Translations under genes and position numbers: made by a program | Origin: Fimbriosthenelais zetlandica | Lineage: Eukaryota | Direction: 5' to 3' | Length of the DNA: 64,000 nt | Assembly: GCA_977030845.1 (NCBI GenBank) | Contig: OZ365110.1 | Coordinates: 19,902,001 to 19,966,000 of the forward strand | Part shown: positions 54,047 to 64,000 of the stretch, in pieces | How positions within the stretch are numbered: position 1 is the stretch's first letter | Layout of the letters: each line of letters starts with the position of its first letter | The notes under the pieces: model-generated | Told to the model about the DNA's origin: nothing | Database searches by the model: none | What the model saw: the letters and a program-made list of their open reading frames with translations, nothing else

Positions 54047-54097
54047 CTCTCTCTCTCTCTCTCTCTCCCCTTTCTCCCACTCTCTCTCTCTCTCTCT
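54047..54097. repeat. Compound (CT)10...(CT)9 microsatellite
   Basis: (CT)10 at 54047-54066, a pyrimidine-rich spacer, then (CT)9 at 54080-54097. Confidence 0.95.
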
Positions 54098-57000
54098 TCC
54101 ATCCTCAGCCTTTTCACGGTAACCGCAGATCCCACCCAGAGAACATTCCATCATTTTAATCATTATTACAGTCTCTTCACCGACTCTCATGATCAGAAGC
54201 CAGCCAGTGAAACCCTTTACTCATCAAATATTGAGAGCATCAAAAAGGAAGGCACTTAATGTCTGTGGCTGGCCGCCTCTGGCATGTCACTCCTACATTC
54301 TTTTATTATCAAAGTACCCAGGTTACAATTATACCTCTATTATTCATATATAGATATCCCAACTGCAATCTAAAATGCCTGAGAGATTTCTTCTGGCACA
54401 TACAATTGTTCTTGCGCAAGTTGGCTGTTCTAATATGACACTATGATGATTACTTATTTTTCATCAAAGCAGAAGGATCTGCCTATAAATGAATTAGCAT
54501 CTAAGTGCTCAATGCTGAGAGAGTGGAGGCAATGCCTAGACTTTATGTATTAATAATTCTTCCCATTTTCTATACGAACATTAGACTTTGTTAAGTGGAA
54601 GCAAGGAAGGTGACACCGGACCCGATTAGTTAAAAGGATGTACTCGAATGAAATTATACAAGAACACCCAATGCTTCTAATCATGGCCAGGTCTGCAGAG
54701 GCAACTCTGATGATAAGGGAAAGGCATGAAGGAAGGACTGAGCCCTTAATTGGTTTGAAAGAAAGATCAGATTAAAGCATGATATGCACATACTCCTTCC
54801 ACTGGCTAATGTAAGTTGATGGGGTTGAAACCTTTTTCTTAATCTAGAAATCCTACCTCCTGGGTTTCTTACGCTTGCAATGAACATCAAAGTCCATGCA
54901 ATCAGAAACTCATTGTCTGCGACTCTCATACCAGGCAATCTAGTGAGGGAGAGTGGCTCTTTTTCAATTTTTCACCTACTAGAGTATGCCTAGTTAAAAT
55001 ATTATAGCTCTTGCATAAGCATTTTAACTTCTTGGGTTCTTGTAGATACAGTTTCAACCTCTGAAATTCTGTATTGCATTCGACACTGGTGTGAAACCCA
55101 TTGCATGTTTTATTCCATATATGTCAAGGGACTGAATCGAAGGCACATTCACTTAGACAGTTACTTCCATGTAGCCCTGCCATTACCATTGTATTATGGG
55201 ATGATGCTAATATTATATATTGAGTCTTGCCCCCAAGATACCAAAAGCCAAACGGTGTCTAATGGAGGGAATGAAACCATTATAGCTTGTGTCCAGGTCA
55301 ACCCAGGGATTAAGTCTATCATTATGCTGGACAAGCACGGAGGAAGGCCCCATTGCTGAACTAAAGATGGCCTTGCCTCTAGCTACAAATCAAGCTTGAC
55401 CTGTCCACCCATACAGACACAACCTTTCTTAGAGGTGGCCAGCTGCCTTTGGGCGAGATCCTTTTGACTTGATGGTTTTGCCACGTGTCCCTGCTCTCTC
55501 TGCTATTTGGACATAGAGCTCCACTGCACCTATGGAAATAACCTGCCAGTGGCCTGCTTAGCTATGAATTTCTAGAGCTTCTTCTGAAAGACTTTCTCAG
55601 CAGATATTCATGGTAGCCAACATATATTTAACTAACTCTTCAAGTTACGTTAAAATGACGAAACGCAGTTGTCCATTCACCGCCTATTTCAAAAGAAAAA
55701 TAATTAGCAATACAAAGTCTGAGGCTAATTTTTGTTTTGAAATGGGTTCCTGGTTCATGTTTGTCAATGTTGAAAACAAGGCAGTTTCATCCGAGGATCT
55801 GTCCTAAGTTGAAGCTGTGTCCTATCAACGACAATATAGAAATAGATTTGCAGCTGGTGAACCGGAATAATACATTTCCTGACTCCATAGCGTAAATAAT
55901 ATAACATGATATGTTCACACATAAGAATTCTTATGATAAAATTATTTCGCTCGGTGTCTTCTAGCTTATGTAAGTATTGAATGATGTACCTTGTTAGGCT
56001 GGATGATTCCAGATGTGAACCTTCATTCAGTATAATAGGCGTATCTACAGAAGATTCACACTCCACTAAATGTCAGGTCAGATCTCATTAGTGAACATTT
56101 ACATGAAATACCTAAATAAATATTGTGTATAATATCAACTCATCTTTATAAACAAGAACGATAATAATATATAAATTTGATATATCTGATGTGAGGGTAA
56201 AAATCATATGGGGAGTCCCAGTATTTATTGCGCAACTTACTATATGTTTTTCTTGCCTCCAAGGTGAATGACTATGTACAAACTGACAGTTATATACACG
56301 TGCTATGGCCCGTTCTATTTCACCACATGTACATTCTAATATCTGTCACCACTGCAATCAGTCATACCCATAAAACTGATATTTCTTTTTTGTAGTAAAC
56401 ATTGACTATAGTGTTAGTAATAATTATGATGAATTTTAGAGTCAGATAATTGTTCGTAACTGCAATTTGCAGTGCAAAAACAAACGCTAACTACCCATGA
56501 TTCATTGAGTATACTTGTATGTCAGAACTTCCCTAGAGAATATGTTCACAGAATAGGAATGTTATCCAGTGTTCTCCAGTGGTAATTGGACTTATTATAC
56601 ATTTAAGCATATATGAGAACATCATAAATAGTTACAAAACTAATTAAGACACTCTTGGAAAATGATATATATCGAATTAGAATTCCTCCATTGAATTGCA
56701 TTGAGTGGATCAGAAAAAAAACATTGCTTGACAGAGACCTGCAGACATAGCCTTGTCGGTCCTTCAATTAGACATCCCTAAATGTATCATTTACTTGATC
56801 GGTAAATTGGCAGTCTGGATCGAACACGTGCTTCAATAACCCTGATTAGGAAATGAGCACAATGCCTATTATGACAAAAGCTGCCGTAGACATTGTCCTT
56901 ATAATCAGTCATTCAACTTTTGGAGATAATGAACATTAATGAGATATTTTTTATGGCTCTAATTTCTTCAGTGTTGCTATATTTCAAATTTTATTATGCA

Positions 57001-57139
57001 AGACTATAGCCTTATACATGAATAATAGATATGTTATGCATAATGGAGTTTTAAAACAAAAATGATCCTGGGTTTGAGTGATAAAGGAGTTGATTGACAG
57101 AGGAGGCAAATGTTGTTTAGTAACTGATATATATGTGAT

Positions 57140-57430
57140 GAGCAGACCAATTATGAAAAAGTTTTCTTGTCTGAGTAAAGACAAAGGGCAGGCTGGTGCT
57201 GTTTTTCTGAACATTTTTCTGACTATCGGTCAGACCAATCCATCTTATTTCATCAGTGGAACTCCTAAATATGGAGGTTTTACTTTCACTGCCGAAAACC
57301 AATATAGGGAGAAACCAGACCAAAAGTGTTTTGTTCAGGCTTGGTGATGAGGCGTTTCTTGCTGCCTTCTTCAATGGTGCAGAAATCAGGCGGCAAAGAT
57401 GACCCCTGCTTTCAGGCGTACCACCACCGG
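57140..57430 (+). mobile_element. Decayed L2/CR1-type LINE reverse transcriptase remnant (best of the faint hits)
   Basis: DKGQAGAVFLNIFLTIGQTNPSYFISGTPKYG (from 57180) parallels DKG...GAVFLDL.KAFDT..H..LL.KL..YG. It is followed by a Q.FVQ-like KCFVQ and, after a frameshift, SGVP at 57412-57423, at about the expected spacing. The catalytic motifs are not intact. Confidence 0.4.
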
Positions 57431-60400
57431 TATTTCACCCCTCAATGCCATGGCTAAAGGCTGTTGCTAGACCAACAAATGCTTTAGGACCATTTGATTT
57501 TGTGGGAGGCACACAGGCTCAAAAGAAAAGCTATACGCTTAAAATAAATGGATTAATCGTGCCCTGAGCTTTGTGACTTTTGTCATTTGATTCGATGGCC
57601 TTCTGGGAGTATGCACGTAACGGTAGCGATGGCCCGGATGAGACCCTTGTGAGGAGGTGCGTGCGTTTGGTTGGTTGCGCTGCAAATGAAAGGGGCCGGT
57701 GGTGCCACATTGGTGCCACCATTCCATTTGTGGATTGTATCATAAAAACGTGGATTGCACTTGATCCTCTGGGTGAGAAAACGTGGCCCCCAGCTTTCCA
57801 ACTAATTCAAGCCTAATTGTTTTCCATCAAATACTCTAGCTTGCATGTGAGGAGGATTGGCAAACCATTAATGGAATCAATTTTCCAAGAAATAAAACAC
57901 GATCTTATTATATGCACGAGTTTGTATTCATGTAATTTCCAATAAACGAAAGGGGGTTGTATGACGAAATGAACTTTCGCTCGCCAGTGTATACATGCAA
58001 TAATGCTTTTGTTGCATTATTTGCGATATAACTCGCCGTTCTCAAGGCTTATAAATATTCTTAATTTTATTATCAGGGATTGTGATGGTCTATATGAAAT
58101 TATTACTAGCCACACATCTCCCAATTTCCTATCCTTCACGTTGCACTCCATTTGCTCTATTCTTTCAGCCTGCATGGTGTTCCCCCACTGCATGAACTGG
58201 TTGATGGAAGTTTATAATAATTATATGATGCAATAGTATCATATTTACCTTATTGTTATGCCTCTTTTATGTATATAGCATTATACTACAGATTATATGG
58301 CAGAATCATAATATCAACCCCTAAGCCGAGTTACAATTGAGTGTTTCCTTATGGTATGCGAGATGATATCTAACATTTCCGTCCACGATATATCTATAGC
58401 ATAATTTGCTCTCTGGATGGTCCATTGCCTTTCCTCCAGGGCCTACTCAACACTTCCTAGTCTGGCTTTTATGTCTTCTGCACAGACTGCAATCCCACTG
58501 GGCAGCATCTACATATGTCTTATTCATATATGTATAATGCTATTAAGTTGTAATTTGCACTCATTTTATTAACTAAAATGTGCTCATAATTAAGCACTAA
58601 ATTAGCCAGCCCTCAGGACAGAGTTAACTTTTTTTTAATCGATGTCTGAGTCATTTACATTAGCTGAAGTTTAGATGGACTGATGGAGGATATGTGATGC
58701 TGGAAGATCATTAATTTCTTGTAAGGTCATTGCCCCTGTATATTGCCCAGTGGTAGTCTTTACGATCACGCGACTCTTAAGTTGCATCTAGTCGAGTATC
58801 CCTAGGACTTACACTTCTCTGACAGAATGATGAATAGATTTAATGAATCGACATTAGGGGATTGCGTATGCTTTAGTTTAAGGCCCAATGAACTGGAATC
58901 AGTCTCTTACAGGATGTTGTATAACCATAGGCTAAGACATTGTTGTGCAACACGCTGTTGGTGCTAATAACATTACATTTTACTCCAAGAAAGAGAAGAG
59001 TAAAATGATCGATTAGAGCCTGGACCGTCCAAGAAATAGAAAAATTGTATTTTATATTTTTAAATAGTAATTTTGATTATGACATGAAGGAAATCACAGT
59101 TTAAGGGCCCCTTAAGTATGTCAATATCAAAATCATAATTATGTTGAAGAGTACATCATAACCTGCAGTATGATACATAAGACAGATCAAGAATCCCTAT
59201 CCAGCTTTGTATCGGCGCAGACGGCATATTAATATACAAAAACTGAAACTGTAATCAAGCCAACAAATATAATATAACATACATCAGAATGTCTAGATGT
59301 GAGCGCTCTATTTGCTGCCTCCTTGTATTACCACGCAAGGGGGAGCCATATTAGACTATGTCAACATGACTCTAGTGTCACTTCCCGGGCATAGAATGAC
59401 ACTGAATTGGAGTAGGGCAAGGTGGAAATGGACCCTAAAAGCAATGTTCTTGTTACTGTCCCCAAATGGGAAGGGCCGACCAGGCTAGATGTTAGCTGTT
59501 CATTGACTTCATTTGACAGAGACTGTAAAAGGCATTTAATTAAGAGGAAGACTGTGATGCATTAGGGAATAAAGCAGGTAAACTTAAGCTTTCTTTAACT
59601 AAGCTGGGCAACTTTTAATTTCTTAAGATGGCTGAAATTGGTATAGGAAAGAAAACTCAACTATTAGAGTCACTATAGTTTCCTCTGGGCAACTGGAGAA
59701 TGCTTAATTAACCAGTAAAGTAGAATTATTTTCATTCATCGACCTTTTCGTCCCGATTTGCCCTTACAATATTTCATTTGTTTATGGTAATTATTACAGG
59801 GCGGTAATTATACCCTTGGTATCTATTAGTTTCTTCTACATGTGGGACTGGGCAGTCCATTATAGACCTCTATAGGTAATGGGAAATTAACCTGTAAAAG
59901 GTTTGGGTTGAGACCCTAATTAGAACAGCTCCAAATAATTAAGCTGTGAATAAAAGGAATTTTGCGACGAAGAGGAGGAAACAACCCAATAAGCTGATTC
60001 CGGGACAGGAACATGCTACATGTGTGTACTTTCACATGGGCTATGGAATATGGCTGCGTTGTACAATGATTTAGCCTATGGTTGTACAATGGCCTGTATG
60101 CTGGTTTGCAAGCGTGGGGGGGCATTGTACAACCACAAGGATATTTCTACAACGGCCTACGGGCCTGACTTGCACAGACAGGCCTTTTGGTAATCTCGGG
60201 CTTGGCTTATTGCTGTCTGTGACCAGAGGCTGACTTCTAGGTTTAGAGGCTGGTGACTGGGGTATTAGTCTTTGCCTTGGGAAACCAGAAACTGGATTAC
60301 AGCCACATCCAGCCAGGAGCGGTGTCTGCCGGACCTCCCACTCTAACAAACCTTGTCATGTCTGATCTCATTTGAAGGCCTCTATAGCCTTGCTGCTGCA

Positions 60401-60682
60401 AGACAACAGATACGCTATTGTTCCTGCTAGTATTCAATTGATATCACGGTATTGACCTATCTGCCTGTCACAATTATGTGCAGTCCTATTTATTATGTAC
60501 ATAACATGTATTAGTATAAGAGCTGGGACATCTATATAGAGAGGGGCTGCACTGCTCTCTGGTTTGATTATGACCCTCATTGCAATCTTGAGTTCAGTGA
60601 TGCAAAATGGTTTTGACTGAACTGCACTTTTGTGTCTATTCGAATCCTCAGCCATATGACAGTAATGGCTGGCACAGATTTC

Positions 60683-60715
60683 ATTCCAACAACCAATATT
60701 CCAACAACCAATATT
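60683..60715. repeat. Perfect 15-bp tandem duplication
   Basis: ATTCCAACAACCAAT at 60683-60697 and 60698-60712, followed by a partial ATT. Confidence 0.95.
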
Positions 60716-63700
60716 GTTTCATTCAATAGGAAACTGTTGTGATTTTGTCCTTTCCCCGCATTCCTTTTTCAAAGTTGAAAAGTTTTATGTCTGCAAAATG
60801 TGTAGGATACCTATTTACAAATTTCTTCCCTCCAAGTTAATTGAGCATTTCTAAGAACATTGGGAATGGTAATACGTTTTCAACATTCCTGCATTAAGTC
60901 ATGTATTTTTGTGTGAATGCTTCTGCGAAAATTCCTCCCCATGGAACCTAAAGATAGTTGGACCCGCTGTCGCAGGATAATTGAATTTACATTTTTGGAT
61001 TTAAAACTGATGCTTTTTTTTTTACAAACCAAGATTTGTTTTAACCCTAGGTTATATTGGTACCACCTACATAATCCGCAGATAACTTTGTAGGCCTAAA
61101 CGTTTGTAATGCGATAAAGAAACTCCTGAAAAAATCATAGCCAATCGGTTAGATTTATAGCATTTCTGTTAAAATAATATTATAGTTGTACCATTACATC
61201 AAAAAGATATCAACAATGGTAACTATTAATGATATTAAAGCATACAATTTATTACATTTTATGGGATATAAATGAACCACATACATGTACAGACCTAATA
61301 ACTTCAATTTAGTTTTAAGTGTCTCTGGCATAAGAAAGCTGAGGACGGTAAGAGCTTTTCGGTGCATGATAGGAGTGCAGCTGCATGCAATCCTCCCTTG
61401 ATATCCAACATGACAGTAGGGGCATCAAAACTAGATAGTGACATCAATAGAAACTATATCCTAGGTGGGCTGAAGCTGACACTGATTCATTATGAGGTAC
61501 ATTCATCTCGGCAGTCGCCAGTCAAACCAAAGCTAAAGGGTCATGTTTCCTTCGCTTCACTTCAGGCGAAACCCACAGTGAAGGTTGAGACTGGAGGGAG
61601 AGAGCTTTTACTATCTGTATCATACAGCCTACCTCATGTTGAGAGCCATTAACTGCCACTGGGTATTATCTAGTCTAGGTTATTGCTGACAAATTATATT
61701 CTGGTCGACTCAATTTCTGTAAAATTTCCATCTGGTCGTTTTTAACCCCCCTTTATCTCATCGTTGCTCATGAAACACAGTCTCATAGGATCTTCCATCG
61801 CCATGGACATGTATTAGTCATATGTCTTGAAAAGTATATATTTTATTTATAATGTACTTACACGTGTTCTGTTTCAACCATGCATAAACGTGTTCCCATA
61901 TTGCTTTCAAAGCTTACTAAAATATTTCGTGTTAATACTTATAATACTATATTAATACTATATTTTGAAATTGTATTCTGTTCTCATAAAAATAACATTT
62001 GAAATTTCTCCTAAATCTGTACAGCAGCTTTGGAGTTCATAGTGATTTATCTGTCTGTCGGCTTGAAAGTGACATGCCATATGACGTTTCAAACCATCTG
62101 ATAAGTAATATTCGACTTGATGTAACCAGCTAATGTTATTTGCCAGATAAAGATGCAATTCAGACATTTGAGTCAGTCACTTGTCTTTTGAAGTGGGTCG
62201 GTGAGTCCCAGGACTCATGAGTTTGTAACTTACATGAGCAGCTCACACTCCAACTAGGTCATCCAGGAGGGGCTATTTGTTACTCAGGTAGGAGAGTGTT
62301 GACCCCACACACTGTCATTGAATATCAAAGGAAAGAAAATCATAGACTTGGGCAATTGATATTCTCACCTGCACTGTCTTTGCTTCTCAGGAATCAGTTA
62401 AATGCCCTGCGAATTATGACGAGGGTTAATTTCACCATCATTCATAATACAGAAGAGAAGCTTCGCAAATTTATATTGGTTAGGGAATGAGGGATTGCCA
62501 AATCAAATTTGCCTGATTGTGTGCATGTCTTCATGATATGATAACTCGAAATTGTTGACCAGACTAGCTGTGAATCAGGAAATGAATTGTTGAAGCTATT
62601 TGTTTCCAATTCAGGATACCTCAAGGATACATCACACTTTCTGTAATTTATATTTTAAAACATTGAGAGAAGTGTGCATGACTGATCATTTAAAAAAAAA
62701 TTCAATGAATGCTTTGCCTCCCCAATCTTAGGCTTAGTGTACACACCTTTTTAATAGCTCAATTTAGGGCAATATAAACTAAATCCATTCCTCTTAGTGT
62801 AATAGGCCTTTGACACGTCTACACTTGCCAAAACACTTACCTGCCTCACTCATTAGACAAGTTGAGCACTCGAGCCCAGGGTAACTTTGCTCACTCGCTT
62901 TTTGAGCTATTCATCTAGGATATCCAGAAGCATACAACGTGCAACTTTTACTTTCTTCAAACTGATTGAAATATCATTGGGGACTTAGAAAGTTATCTGT
63001 GGTAATACTGTTGGCTTTGACCTAAGTTTTTCCGAGGTATTTTACTCACATGCAATTCAGGCAAGCTAATTAGGATAGAAACCACTTTTCAAAATGGTCA
63101 CAGTGGTGGCAGGCTGGCTCGTGGGAAACATAACACGAAGGATTACACTAAAAGGTATGCATTCTTTTACTTTGTTGTACATACGTATGTACATAGTAAT
63201 TACTACTGGATAGTAATAGAATACTAACGAGTGATGGCATTTTAATGCATCCAAATTAAAAAAGTAATTAACTGAATTCAGGAAAATTAACAGATGCATC
63301 CCTAATAGTTGGATATTACTCAAAAGATGACTTAAAAATCACCAGCATGCAAATTGTCAATCCACTAATTGTACTTCTTCTTCCGAGGAGTAAAGTTAAT
63401 TGTATCAGAAAATAAGAGCAGATAAAAAGTTTACAATGACATCGGAGCGTCTCCCCTTCGAGGGTACTTGAAATAATCTCATTAAGCCAAACATAAAAAC
63501 TGTTTGAACAATGCATGGTAATTAAAAGCCCTCCAAAAATAGTTAAAAAATGGTTGGAATACCAGAGTTAGTTGTACGCTGTGGAATGGGCCTCTTTTCT
63601 CATGGCTCTTTGGGTGGGGTCCTTACTGGTGTCAGTGGATCCTGTACCACTAGGACAATGCTGGGTTATATATATGTAAGCTACTCAATAATATACTTGA

Positions 63701-63761
63701 CATGCCAGACCCTGTCATTGCCAACGGTGTAGGAAATCATATAAATAGCTTATCATGACTT

Positions 63762-63779
63762 AAGAAGAAGAAGAAGAAG
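63762..63779. repeat. (AAG)6 microsatellite
   Basis: Six perfect AAG units, immediately followed by GTGAGA (donor-like). Confidence 0.9.
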
Positions 63780-64000
63780 GTGAGACCCTATACCATGCAT
63801 TCCCATCTTCTGTTAACAGTTAAGATTATATGCAATGGCTGAATGAATATGATTCAATTTGTATAATTATATTCATTTTTAAATTGAGTAGTTTCCCCTA
63901 TACAGTTAAAATAGTGTTTTTTCTTTGACCTCAGAATTCCCCATTATTTCCTGGAGTATAGGTATTCAGTGGCTTCACTAAATCATCTGTAAAGTAGTTG

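Noticed and set aside
60082-60111. LYNGLYAGLQ, similar to the uncoupling-protein/SLC25 segment LYNGLVAGLQ
   Set aside because: It lies in a locally repetitive TTGTACAA/ACAACGGCCT patch between stops, with no Px[DE]xx[KR] carrier signature and no splice sites framing it.
1-64000. Prokaryotic systems (CRISPR arrays, operons, defence islands, rRNA)
   Set aside because: No regularly spaced repeat-spacer units, negligible coding density, and no rRNA-like conserved segments were seen.

Overview
AT-rich (roughly 35-40% GC by eye, not computed) eukaryotic-looking, essentially non-coding DNA. The longest ORF is 140 aa, I recognise no complete gene and assign no gene symbol, and I found no rRNA, tRNA, CRISPR array or operon-like organisation. 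Supportable features: (i) a CpG-rich, housekeeping-type promoter near 12.5-12.9 kb (ETS/GABP and YY1 motifs, then a strong + strand splice donor), flanked by a dense cluster of TAGGCCTA palindromes; (ii) a MITE-like inverted repeat at 2.5-2.8 kb; (iii) microsatellites and short tandem duplications; (iv) several very faint LINE/Penelope-like reverse-transcriptase remnants; (v) isolated exon-like segments I cannot join into a gene. The best candidate for an unusual system is a series of 3' splice acceptors followed immediately by a consensus 5' donor (AG|GTRAG). These lie on the + strand at 11159, 26471, 29216 and 42013, with one on the - strand at 13369, which is the architecture of recursive-splicing ratchet points. 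This is inference from motifs only and needs RNA-seq. All protein-family resemblances were judged by eye and are weak. The window may be old, decayed animal intronic/intergenic DNA, and a synthetic (model-generated) origin cannot be excluded without a database search.
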